Below are positions 12,059-24,933 of a DNA stretch of 64,000 nucleotides, piece after piece. The stretch spans positions 11,509,130-11,573,129 of the forward strand of contig CM119263.1 of NCBI GenBank assembly GCA_051294375.1, written 5' to 3'. The stretch comes from Paraspadella gotoi (lineage: Eukaryota; Animalia; Chaetognatha). Numbering within the stretch: the first letter of the stretch is position 1; each line of letters starts with the position of its first letter. A program made the position numbers and the translations under genes. The notes under the pieces were generated by a model that was not told the DNA's origin, searched no databases, and saw only the letters and a list, made by a program, of their open reading frames with translations.

Positions 12059-13177
12059 GCCTCCCTCTAAATGTTAATTTTCGTTAAAATTTAAGTTGAC
12101 AAATACATTTCTGTACATAAATTATACATTATACAATATACATTTCTGAGCAAGAACGAGAGTTGAATTCATTTTCAGCCCTATATATATATATTTATCC
12201 CGAAAAAGGCGACTAAGATTTTCCCCTCCGCTTTTCAATAATTTTATGTGAATTACTTTTTAAGTGAAACTCGATTAACGAACGAAAAATTGAGTGAAAT
12301 TCAAATTATTGAATTTTTTTAAAAAAACGGCTCGCGAGGAAAGGAGAACTGCGAATTTATTTCGCGGCGAAAGTTATTAAAGCCAAAACCCAAATTAACA
12401 AGCTTGTTGAGAACGGTAACCATAGTTACATGATACAAACTCGAATGATATTATCCTTCAACCAAAATTGATTTTATTAAAATCGCTGCTTTTTATTATA
12501 TCTATGTATACATTCTAATTTTTTTTTTTTAAACTGAGCGCCCGGTTTATTAAACGTTCGGTTGGACTTTTTTGGCGTTTTAATATATCGGCTTATTTAT
12601 TTATTATTTTTTTTTAAAATCTATCGAAATATCGTTCCGGACTTTTCCCCACATCTCGTCAATTCACAACGCTGGAGCACGTCCTCACTACCGAAGGAGA
12701 TCAGACTTCACCCCAGCAGCACGATCCACCCCCTTTCGTTACTCCATCTCGACGCTGGTAATGTCCCGCCCATCCGTCGACCACGCCCTCATTTCGCTTC
12801 GTCTCCCGCTTCTCCCCGCGGCTTAACGCGAAGGGAGGGAGAGAACACCGCCGTGGTTCTTCCCCCAAAAGAAAGGAAGGAAGTCCAGCACGGCGAAGAA
12901 GTAGGAGGAGGAAAAAAAAAAGCGAGGAGGAGGAGCAGAAGGACCAAAAAACTGGAGGAGTTGCTGGACCCGCAGCCACCCTGCCAGTCTTTGCTCTGTC
13001 CTCTCTCTCTACTCTCTCCTTCTCCCTATCGCCTCTCACACCTATTTCGTGCGCACTGCGAGAAGAGAGAGAGAGTGAGTAGGACGCAGAGAGAGAGAGA
13101 GCGAGTGAGGAAGAGACACGAAGGAATAATAAGTCGCCTTCACTCTTCGGCTCTCTCGGCCCGCCCGCGCGCCCCTA

Positions 13178-13269
<92 letters not shown>

Positions 13270-15099
13270 GCCGCCCCCCCACGGCAACTTCAAACTTCAA
13301 GGGTTGGTGCGATGCTTAATTTATGCAGTTTATGCAAATGAGAATTAGTTAAACTACTGTGCTCCTCGCTCGGCGTTCGACGCCGTCCCCCATTTTCACG
13401 AGTCAAAAAAACGACAAGGGAGAAAAAAAATTATCGAGCGTCAAACTTTTAAAAAACCCGGGGAAATATATGGGCCTGGAAAGAGGCGGGGGGTTCGGGC
13501 GGGGAGGCGGTTGGGACGATGGGAGGCGAAGTGGTTTGAGCGGTTCGTAAGGCGTGTGCTGAGCGATCTTTCAAAGGTTCGCGGCCAACGAGTGGGTGGT
13601 GGTGATTTGAGGATGGTGGACTTCGGGCTGCTTTAATGGCTTTGAGTGTGAGCGAACCAATTAAGGGCTCATCGCTTCCATTCCACTTTGCGCCCCGAGA
13701 TGGTTGGTGAGTGTTTTCAGTGTCCGATCGAGAAAAGGAAAAAAAGGAGAGAAAAAAATTCGGTGCGAGGCGCGGCAGAGAGAATGGATCCGGTCGAAGC
13801 GGTTCGCAGCGCGCCGGGGCACCGACAGCGGGAAGCTGTGGTGACGCGTGGTTGGCGAAGGTGGTGGCAGATGGCGTTCAGAAATCTTTTAAAAAAAATG
13901 CCGTGGGGAGTGCGGGTTAAAAGTGGCAACTATGAAATCTCGGGCGCGATATATGGCGCTTTTAATTAAAACTTTCGCTACTGGGTTATTAAGCTAATCA
14001 CGAATGTCAATAAACAATTTTGTGCCATTTTGATGGTTATTCGACATGGAAAAAATTCCCCATATTAGGAAAGCGGCTCTCGAATTTGCGACGAGAAACC
14101 AAGTGAGGGGGGGACTTATGGGGGCGGGGGCGGTGGAGGAACGCGGGAAGCGGTCCGTGTGGTCAGTCCTCNNNNNNNNNNNNNNNNNNNNNNNNNCTCC
14201 TCAGTTTTTTGGTCCTTCTGCTCCTCCTCGCTTTTTTCCTCCTCCTACTTCTTCGCCGTGCTGGACTTCCTCCTTTCTTTGGGGGNNNNNNNNNNNNNNN
14301 NNNNNNNNNNNNNNNNNNNNNNNNNNNNNNNNNNNNNNNNNNNNNNNNNNNNNNNNNNNNNNNNNNNNNNNNNNNNNNNNNNNNNNNNNNNNNNNNNNNN
14401 NNNNNNNNNNNNNNNNNNNNNNNNNNNNNNNNNNNNNNNNNNNNNNNNNNNNNNNNNNNNNNNNNNNNNNNNNNNNNNNNNNNNNNNNNNNNNNNNNNNN
14501 NNNNNNNNNNNNNNNNNNNNAAGGCATTATGAAGCGTAAAGAAATCGAGTAAAAATATCGTTCATTTATATATCTCGTATTAAAATAAAATATTAAAATC
14601 CAATGTTTAAAAGTTTACAATTTTACATTGGGCCAAAATTAATTCCATTGAATATGATTAACGGGTAAGTTTCTCAACATGGGCTTTACAAATATTTCAG
14701 CCAATGTCAAAATTTTTTCAACGGCTTGAACGTCAATTAATAAATTTTGTCTATGGCATGGGCGCCAATTTAAGAGCGCCGCGCCGGTGAATTTTAACCC
14801 GGCGTCAAATTTCGGGANNNNNNNNNNNNNNNNNNNNNNNNNATGGTGGGGATCTGTACAACTGGAGATCAACATTATCCAAAGTTTAGTGTAATAACTA
14901 AACGGTAGTTGCACTATAAGTGTAAATATTTGGTCATATGGCGAACATCGAGCGCCAAATTAAGTAAGCGCCGCGCCGGGTGATATTTCACCCGGCCGTT
15001 CAAATTACGGGAAGCCAGCGGTTTTAAAATGCCACGAGTAGAAGCGAACGGACGGCCAAGAGTGAAAAAGAATTTGTAGGATGTGAGTGGTTTGAGTAT

Positions 15100-15131
<32 letters not shown>

Positions 15132-15132
15132 C

Positions 15133-15163
<31 letters not shown>

Positions 15164-15510
15164 AGAGAGAGAGGGAGAAGAGAGAGAGAAATACCCGTAA
15201 ATTTTCCGCCGTAAATTCGACTCCAAATTAACAAAAATTCATTAAAAGGAAAAAAAAACTTTGGGGTGAAAACTAAAACAAGAAATTTAAAACGAAGGAA
15301 AAAAAATAAATTGGGAAAAAAGTTAGATGAGTCGAAAATTTTACGACGAAATTTTTCGTGAAAGAGAAATTTTTTTAGCGAATCGCTAAATGAGTAAAAT
15401 TAGTTGTCGCATCGTCGATATGAAAATGAGGCAGAAAGGGAAGATGGAAAAAGTAAATAAATCCTTTTTCGTCACTCGCTCTTTTTTCCTATTTTTTTTT
15501 TAAATTTTTG

Positions 15511-15602
<92 letters not shown>

Positions 15603-15603
15603 T
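15511..15603. repeat. (TTTC)n microsatellite
   Basis: Perfect tetranucleotide run. Confidence 0.97.
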
Positions 15604-16587
15604 ATTTTTCTTGCTTTCTTTATTTTTCCTTCTTTATTTCTATCTTTCTTTCTTTGATTCATTTCTACAGTTTTGTCGTTTAATCTCTCTATTTTGCCAA
15701 TTCAATAAGTAGGAAATGATAAATATAATTATACATTTATAGAGCGGGTCAGTAGGAGCTGTGGTTAGACATAGAGGCTTTAAAATTTCCTGCGACGATT
15801 AAAAAGGTTTAGGGTGGAATCGAATAAAGGATTCTTGTTTGTGCCCGACCACGTAATGATGGCGACGAGGGCCGACCCAAAAAAAAAATCGTTTCCTCGA
15901 ATTCGAAAAACCGAAAACAAAAACAAAAGAAAAGACGCAAATGAATCATCGGGGAATTTTTATTTTCCTTCCTTTTCTTTCCCTAAATTTTTCTTTTCTT
16001 TCCTATTTTTTTTTCTTCTTTTTTTTTTTTCAAGGAACGCTAATTCCAAAATATTAACGCAGCGCCGCTCGACGCAGAGGCGGCGACGGCAAAAATTAAA
16101 ACAAAAAATCCTGATTTCAGAAAAAAAAAAGGAGAAGGAAAGAAACAAAGGAACATCGCGCATCAAAAAGGGATTCGAGTCGTCTTTTTTTTATATGAAG
16201 AAGAAAAAAGAAGGGTTTTTTTTCTCTCCTTTTTTTGACGTTAACTCGGCGGGTTTAGTAAACGCGGCGACCACCAGAGGCGTTTGAGTTGGGCGGAACC
16301 ACCTGCATCAGCAAAATCGAAACCACGCGACGTGATATAGAAAATAAAAAGGACAAAGAATCCGGAAAATTTATAAATGAGTAACGGAAAAAAACGAAAT
16401 TATGGCATAAAGGAAATGTATGTTTTGAGAAGTTCTAGTTTACTCAGCTCCGAACTTTTCTATAAACCATTCGCGGCTCAACTTTCTAAGAAGCTTCAGC
16501 GTAGATTTTATTATTTTTCTTTGACAGTTTAAAAATCTTCTGGTTCCGTCTCTCTCTCTCTGTCTCTCTCTCTCTGCTCTCTCTCTT

Positions 16588-16627
<40 letters not shown>

Positions 16628-17439
16628 GAAAAGAGCCTCTCGAGCCTGGAATCTGGCCCTCGTCCCGACAAGAGATGAAGAGAGATATAAGCGCGCAGTA
16701 ATTATCCTTACCACTCTGGAATAGCTTTTGCTTTCAGACCACTCTTTCTCTATCACCGTGTCTCATGTCCATCTGTTATTATCCCTCTGTCCAGCCTTCT
16801 CTCATTTTTTTCTTGAGCCGGTAAGATATCCCGTCAAAGAAAAAACTTAAATTCCTAGTAGCAACCATTAAAGAAACAACCATCGTCAAAAGCCTCATAA
16901 CACCCAGACATCCGGTGTCCACCCAGATCCCTTCTCCTTCGCTCCCCGTCCCCCGCGAGGAGACCCCCCGCGGCCGCGTCAATGAATGTTTTTAACTTTT
17001 CGTTGTTTTTGTTTTTTGTTTTGGAAAAGAGACAGAATTATCCCTGCGTTCGCCGCCAAAAATAAATATCGGCCTCGACGGTAGTCCGGGACCTCTCTCT
17101 CTCTCTCTCTCTCATCTCCATCTCTCTCTCTTTTCTCTCTCTCTCTCTCTCTTCTCTCTCATCTCCTCTCTCTCTCTCTCTCCTCATCATCTCCTCTGTG
17201 CGTCTTCTCTCTCTCTCTCCCTCCATCTCTCATCTCTCTTTCTTTCATCCGCCCCTCTCTTCCAACCAACGACGTGACGCCGTAGATCTTTTCGCTAGTC
17301 AACGGCGAAACGTTCGCTCAGATCTTATAACCACGCCCATCACTTTCCCCACCTCTCAATATCCCCACACCAGCCACCCCACCCGTTTCAACCCAACGAA
17401 GAAGTCAACTCTTTGATGAAGCGGCGAAGCTTTTTTTTT

Positions 17440-17510
17440 CACTTCCGGTTCTTCGTCGAGTCACGTGACGTCGCCCACGTGACGTCATCAGATGCGAACC
17501 GGAATCGAAA
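17440..17510. promoter_or_regulatory. Promoter-like motif cluster
   Basis: ACTTCCGG (ETS, 17441-17448), GTCACGTGAC (17460-17469), a second CACGTGAC (17476-17483) overlapping the CRE TGACGTCA (17480-17487), and ACCGGAA near 17498. Confidence 0.6.
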
Positions 17511-18242
17511 GGTCGCCCTCTGGGAGGAAAAGGCGAGGGGGGAGGGTGAGGGGGGAGAAGGACGGAATGATTGAGAAATTGAAAGACGAATGAAGGATAA
17601 AAAAAAAAGACAATTGGTTCCGTCTCTAGTCCGTCATCCACGTACATTCTCCTCTCTCTGAACAAAATCCTTCCCTGCCCCCTCTGTTCTCTCATCCATA
17701 ATCTTCTCCCACTCCACAAAGTCTCGCTCACTCCACGTCTCGGTTTATGTTTTTCTAGTTTTCCTCCCAAAAAATCTGGCGAAAAGAAAAAAAAAGAATT
17801 GAATTCCCCAAGAAAAGATTCGCGTTTTTCGCCGCCATTGAATCCGTAATTAGCCAAAAAAAAGGGTTTTTCGTGCCAAAGGAGCGCGGAAAAAAAAATA
17901 TAAGCATCATAACGATAAAAAGGCGGTAAACTGAGGGTTTTAGGGGAAAAGAAACTCTTTTTCTTTTTCTTTTTTGTTTTTTCTTATCCTTTCAGTATTT
18001 TTTTTTTATTTTCGGCGTTGAATAGAATATGGAGAGGCGCCGGCGCCGGAAGAGGCGGCGAAGGCGGCGGCGGCAGTGGAGGAGGCGAAGGCGGCGGCGG
18101 CCGCAGCGGCGGCGGAAAAACAAGTTGGCAAAGATGCGCACAAAAAAGTTGCGCGCACAAAAGTTGCGCAGAGGGAGATTTTTGTGCAAAAACAAAAGAC
18201 TATCGACCAAAAAATTCGGCGCGTCTCTATCTCGTTTCTTTA

Positions 18243-18315
<73 letters not shown>

Positions 18316-18519
18316 TCTCGTATCTCTCTTTTATCTCGCTGCCTCCTTTTTTTGGAAAGAGAAAGAGTTTTGGTAATTAAACATTATTGGCCTCTGAAAG
18401 GCTCGGCCGGGAAGAAGAGAGGGGCCTAGGCGACAAGGGGTTGCAATTATAGAAACAGATTTTTCGTCGAAAAAAAAAATAAGAATTTAGGGACACTTAG
18501 AATAAGAAATAATAAATTC

Positions 18520-18780
18520 AACTAGATAGATGGATGAATTAATGAATGAAGGAATGAATGCATGTATGAATTAAAGAATAAGTAAATAAATTATTTAATT
18601 AATGAATTAATAAATGAATAATAGAAAGAATAAATCATTGAATAAATGAAAAAATAAATGAATGAATGAAAAAACAAATGAATGAATGAACGAATAAACA
18701 AATGAATTTAAAAAATAAATTATAAGTAAATAAATATATTAACAAATATATTTATAAATAGAAGGAAAATAAATGAAAGA
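18520..18780. repeat. Degenerate (AATG/AATA)n tract
   Basis: 4-bp periodicity is visible throughout. Confidence 0.85.
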
Positions 18781-19107
18781 GAGTTCCTGGATTCAGCCAG
18801 TTAATCTAGGCGAGTATGTAAAGCATGGGGTGATTTTTGGTGAGGCCCTTGATGCGTGATGAGGATTTTTTTGGCCGAGGAGTTTCGCAGGAAACAGTTT
18901 GAGATAAGGTCGGGACTCGAAAAAAAGGATTTTTGGGGGAGAGGTTTAGGGAAAGGAGGCAAGAGAGAGAAAGAGGGAGTCTAATGAACATTTCGTCCTT
19001 CCTCATTAAATAAAACCGAGATTAGCAAAAAGTACGGAAGAGGAAACTCAGATAAGAGAAGAAGCTAAAGCCAGAGAGACGAGAGAGGGAGAGAGAGAGA
19101 CGAGAGA

Positions 19108-19138
<31 letters not shown>

Positions 19139-21618
19139 CGATAGCTCCAGAGGGAATTCGATAATAGAGTCAAAAAGAAGAAAATAAAATTCGGTAGATT
19201 CCTCGTTAAAAGAGAGGAGGCCCGAAAACCTATATTTAAAAAAATTATTCATTCCTTGTTGTTTGGAGATTGAATCCAACCTCTTAGAAGCACCAATCTT
19301 CTGAGTGGAATTGAAGGCGTTATGAAAAAGAAAGTAATGTCGACAAATGCTATCATAGTAGTCTAGACACTTGGTTTCAAGTTCTATATGGAATCGAAGC
19401 CATATTTAATCCCAAAAGGTAGAATTTTTCATTATATCTTTTCTTTATTATTTTTAACCAAGATCTTCAGTTCGCATAACCATAAAGACCTTCCTTTTTG
19501 TCACTCGTCCTCTCCTCCCTCATTTGATTCCGTCTCCACACATCCCGACACCATTTTCCCCCTCGATCGTTCCCCCCCCCTGAACCCCTCCTTTTCAGCT
19601 CCTTACAGATATTCGGGGTCGTGACCCTATTTTCCCTCCACCATTCTTAGACTCACGTCTTCGGCGTCGCTTTTAAAAAAGTTTGAAATTTTTAAATCTC
19701 AAGATATCCCCTTTTTTCACGATTTTATTTTTAAATTTTTTTTTTTTCAACGAAAGGGCGGAGTTACATGGCAACTATATATTGTATTAAGAATCATTGA
19801 TGGATACTTGCACTTCGACTTTCAAATTGTTTTCTGCGTAAATTAAATTGTAAAAAAAAATTACGTTTAACCTAAATTAACTCAATTTCTTTTAGTAATT
19901 AACGTCAGGCAGATAGAATTTTGGATTTTTTTTAGATAAATAAACTCTTGATAATAATAATAAAAACAGTAATAGACTATAATGGCGTTTTCTTCAATCT
20001 GGGCCCAGAATTTTAAACCGAATTTCGCATTCTTCCCCAAAAATAGCGAAATAGTTATTACTGTTTAGTTTAGGCTTTCTATGGCTCGTCGCCCAAGGCT
20101 GCGGCCGTTGTTCTTTCGTTTTTGTTGTTGCCAAGACGTAAATTTTGCGCATGAAATGTCTGGACGGCTTATGTACATTATACAGTACAATTAGTCATGC
20201 CGATTTCCTCGTCAGTGTCAACGGGAGAGAGACAAAATCCTTCGTTTTTCAAGTAATGTGATAATCACGGTCTCGAACCAGCTCTCTTTCAACCTCTCCA
20301 CTTCGATCGAACCAACTCGCCCGCGAAGGACGACAGCCGGCTTCGCGTCCGCAGTCGAAACGCGTCGCAAATCGAGAAATCCATATATATATTTATGCGT
20401 CGTCGCAAAGCCAAAGAAATGACGTCGAAAAAGGCGCTGGGAAAAAAAAATGCGCGCGAGTGTTTTAGTATGTTGATGGAATTGATAGAAAAGGTCGACG
20501 GGGGTCATCGCCGCCGAAAGGGGGTTTTGGGCGTGAGAGAAGAAGCCTGGTTGAAGTCGAAGGAAAGTGAACGATTTTGGGTGGAAAATGGGAAGGGGGG
20601 AGGGGGGGTGTCGCTCTTTCGATATTCCAGGAGGAAAGAGAAGAGTCACGAATAGTCGCCTTATGAAAGGAGAATCGAGACGTGATCCGTTAAACCGAAA
20701 CGTAAATTTGATTCCGTTTATCGTTTTTCTTTAGTTTTCCTCTCGAACGACGAGTTTTTTCAAGTTTTTTCTTTCCCGATCGACGTCGCTTCAAGTTCGA
20801 ATGTCTTTTAGAGACTCGCCTGAGATTAGTACTGTTTTCGACGAAAAGTTAGTCATTTGTTTTTGTTGTTTTCGTACTTATTTCTCTTTGGGTCGCTAAG
20901 CTCTCTCTCTCTTTTGTCGTTGACATTTCTATCCTGATTTCGCTAGTTTCGTCATCGGTGTCATTGTTGTCGTGGACGTCTTTTCTATCCTTTTATCTAT
21001 CGTCGTCGTCGTCGTCGTCGTTCGTATTCGGTCTCATCGTCGTTTTCATCGTCGTCGTCGATGTCATCGCTGCCTCCACTTTTCAAGGAAGAAGATGAAA
21101 TTTTATCACGAGGAGGGCGAAGGTTTTACCAGGTTTTCTTATTTTCTTTTTTTCCTTTCAACGTTTTTCTCCGCCTTTTTACTTTTCTCTCTTTCTTTCA
21201 CTTGTCCTTTTCTCCTTCTGCTTTTAAACTTTTCGTTTTCTGAAAGTGAAGTTGAACCTCAACTGTTGATTTTTCCGGGACAAAATTAATTTAAGCCGAC
21301 AATTTCGATTTTGTTAAGTAACTGCATTTGGAGTTACTTATTATCGAATCACAATCTCCTATACAATATTTTTCGATCGAAGTTAATTGAAACAAAATAT
21401 TTCGGCCCTCGAAGCCTCGACAACATTTTGTATTCATTAGGTACCTACTTTTGTCCTTGTTTAAATCCAGGAATTTATCTAAAATTTCCTAAAAAAAAAA
21501 CAAATTTGTAAACAAATTTCACGGTTTCTCAGGTTCAAGGACACAGCTTTTTCAGATATTCGCTTATATTGCATTTTCTTCCTACCGATCTTTCTTTCTC
21601 TCTTCTCTCTTTCTTTCT

Positions 21619-21663
<45 letters not shown>

Positions 21664-22415
21664 AAACGTCCACTTACTCGGTACTCATCTTCTTTTCCCC
21701 AAATATTTTTTTTTTACTTCCTTTTTCTCTTTTTTCTTATCTTCTCGTCGCTTAGTTTTTTTTTTTTTCTTTTTTTTTACCCACTTTTAACTTTCTTTTT
21801 ATTTTTAAGCGAAACTCACTAGACGAAGTTTTTTCGCTTCCGTGTTTGGGAAATTTCAAAGTGAAAGACTTCGCGAGCGAAAAGTTTTTAAGCCTAAACA
21901 AACTTCGTCGTTCAACGATGAATCTCCTCAGATTTTTGTTTTGGCCTTTNNNNNNNNNNNNNNNNNNNNNNNNNNNNNNNNNNNNNNNNNNNNNNNNNNN
22001 NNNNNNNNNNNNNNNNNNNNNNNNNNNNNNNNNNNNNNNNNNNNNNNNNNNNNNNNNNNNNNNNNNNNNNNNNNNNNNNNNNNNNNNNNNNNNNNNNNNN
22101 NNNNNNNNNNNNNNNNNNNNNNNNNNNNNNNNNNNNNNNNNNNNNNNNNNNNNNNNNNNNNNNNNNNNNNNNNNNNNNNNNNNNNNNNNNNNNNNNNNNN
22201 NNNNNNNNNNNNNNNNNNNNNNNNNNNNNNNNNNNNNNNNNNNNNNNNNNNNNNNNNAAAACCGAACTTTGTCACTTTCAATTGCGATGGAACCGACATT
22301 CGCCTTCCATTTCGCGCTTCTTCATTTTCTCTTCTTTTCTGCCCCAAATTCAATAGTTTTCGGTCGTCACTGAGGTCCGCCATTTTTCATTTCTCCTGAT
22401 TGTTTTTTGACCTCT

Positions 22416-22504
<89 letters not shown>

Positions 22505-22946
22505 ATTAGTTCACGAAATTGGTATTATTTGAGTTGAGTATAGTTAGTGTAGATTTAATACACTATAACTTTTAACTCATATATATTTAGGAGCCTAACC
22601 CTTTTCTGTTCCATTTTTTTCTTTCTCTCTCCCCCTTTTCTTTCTTCTCCCTGGTATCGTTCTTTTCCATTAAAATAACCATGCCTCTGCTGTTTCACCA
22701 AATTTTAACAACTTTCGGAAAAGCAAATGCGGCAAAAAAAAAAACTTTTCTGCTCTTTCCTTTTTCTCTCCTCCTCTTACTGTTTCTCCTTCTATCTTGC
22801 TCTCACTCCCTGTCTCTCTTCTCTGTCACCAAAAGTGCGACGGGCCGAGGGGAGACCCCGCTCCAAAATAAATGGGTCTTCTTCTTTTACCATCGACGGG
22901 TTTTTGGGCTATGCTTAGTAGGAATGCAATTTATATGGGTATTTTA

Positions 22947-23062
22947 GAGAAAAGCAAAGTGTTTTAGAATTTGTTACAACGATTTTATTTTAATAGACGG
23001 ACATGTTTCGACTCTTTGAATTCGAGTCGTTGTAATAAATTCTAAAACACTTTGCTTTTCTC
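22947..23062. mobile_element. 116-bp MITE-like foldback element with 36-bp terminal inverted repeats, flanked by TA
   Basis: Left arm GAGAAAAGCAAAGTGTTTTAGAATTTGTTACAACGA (22947-22982) is the reverse complement of 23027-23062 with one mismatch. TA on both sides fits a Tc1/mariner-type target duplication. Confidence 0.7.
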
Positions 23063-23754
23063 TAAATATTAAACAACAACGAAAAGAAAGGAATATCTCT
23101 TATGGGTAGTTGATATATATTTCGATTTCAGTGTGAAGAGCTAATTTAAACTTAAAGGCATATACTATGATACAATGTATATAATAACGTATTGAAAATT
23201 TATTCTCTGTTCACGAATTTACAAAATACTAATTAAACGATCAGAAGCATATTTATATATATTCTAGTGCGGAGTACATTACAGTATTCCCCGACCTAAT
23301 ACTTAAGGGAGTGGTATTTTCATACAATTGAAACATTCTTTGAAATATTATACCACTTCATTGATAGGGAAGCCAGGTACTCTGGGAGTGAATAAACGAG
23401 ACTGTGAGAGAGTCTTGATTGAAAGCTTGCAGGGACCAGCTATGTCATTATCTTGTAAGAGTGATGGAGGACTTAAACCACCAAAGCTTCTCCAAAATCA
23501 GGGTCAGGATAGTTTATTTATTAAATGAATGGATAATTTTAATATGGGTTGTACCGATTTCATACTACTTTCGTTTTAGAAGATACATTTTGATATCGTA
23601 TTCTTTGACCAATGGATGACTTTTAAATGTTGAATTACCTTTGCTTTTGTATGTTCCTGATCTCAAGGTTTAAAATTTACACAGTTACAATTCTCCATGT
23701 ATAAAGGACTTTTCGTTTTAGCTATGGATCGAAAAATTTAGTAAACAACCAGCA

Positions 23755-23964
23755 TTACGAGATAGCTAATTATAACAAGCTGACTCATTAAAGTAGGAAT
23801 CGTAAAAAACAAGATCAGGTTTATCGATCGAGCATAGGGGAGAAATCAATTTTTCTTCTCCTAAAAGTTAAAAATAGGTTTTTTTAACAGAACTTATGCT
23901 CTATCGATCAAAACTTAATTTCTTTTATTGTCGACAAAATTGAGTACAGTTTTTGATCTCGTAA
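23755..23964. mobile_element. Old, diverged foldback / MITE remnant
   Basis: Nested inverted matches TTACGAGAT/ATCTCGTAA, ACTCA/TGAGT and ATCGATCGAGCATA/TATGCTCTATCGAT. Confidence 0.45.
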
Positions 23965-24304
23965 AAACGGAATGCTTTATGTTTTTGTTTTTTATGTTTT
24001 TGTTTTCTTTCGCGTATAAGTTTGGGCATTTATGATAGATAAATATGATACGTAAATCTCAAAAATCCAAAAAATAAAACTTATAGGTTAAGAAGAAAAT
24101 GGGAGAAATGACCACAAAAAAATGAATACGGGTGAGATGAAAGAGGTAACGAGGTAAAAATGAGGTAGGAAAATATTAAATGAATGAAATAGTAACCGAA
24201 AACAGGAACCGTAATAAATCTTCCTTTATATTCTCGTCTTCGTCGTCGTCGTCTTCTTCTTCTTCAATTCTCCAACCGGAAATGGACGACCTCACCCGAC
24301 TTAC

Positions 24305-24564
24305 CCAGCGTTTTTAAACACGACCTTTCCCACCAGGAAAAGCTACCAACGAATCCTCATCACCGGGCCCGAGAGGTTACGCGGGCCGACCCCGCCGGGG
24401 GCCCGCTAGGGCTCCAGCCTTGACCTCGCTCGGCCCAGGATCAGGCGCTTGCCGTGCCTTCCGCGGCGGCGGCGACCGACCCGCTCGATCCCGAGTCGAC
24501 TCCTCGATCTGGATGCCTAAGTGGTTGTCAAAAGACGAGGAGCGGATGTGGCGGGTCTTGACCC
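24305..24564 (-). CDS. Candidate GC-rich exon (VKTRHIRSSSFDNHLGIQIEESTRDRAGRSPPPRK...*)
   Basis: Minus-strand polypyrimidine acceptor CCCCCGCCCTTGCCTCACAG and donor TGG|GTAAGT bracket a GC-rich island. An open + strand reading (KATNESSSPG...WRVLTP|GTGAGG) also exists, so the strand is unresolved. Confidence 0.4.
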
Positions 24565-24874
24565 CTGTGAGGCAAGGGCGGGGGGAGCGGGGGTGGGATG
24601 AAAAGAGAAAGGATGAGTGAATGGGGAAGAATATGGCGGCAATGCGTGGAAGGGAAAAAAATCGAAATTAAATCATAAATATAGTAATTGATAGTAATTC
24701 TATAGTAATTTTATAGTAATTTTGAATCGTATTCTAGTTAAATGATGGATATGCTTATGAAGCTTATATAACCTGATATGACGAAATCCCTAATATTCGT
24801 AAAATTAATTCATACTGAACTTTAGCATTTTATTAAATCGCTTTTAGTCTTTGGCCTTCTGCTTTGCACCCAGA

Positions 24875-24933
<59 letters not shown>

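Noticed and set aside
12862-14285. Inverted repeat 12862-12960 / 14197-14285 as transposon termini
   Set aside because: The second copy is an 89-bp fragment sandwiched between gaps, consistent with a misplaced or misoriented contig.
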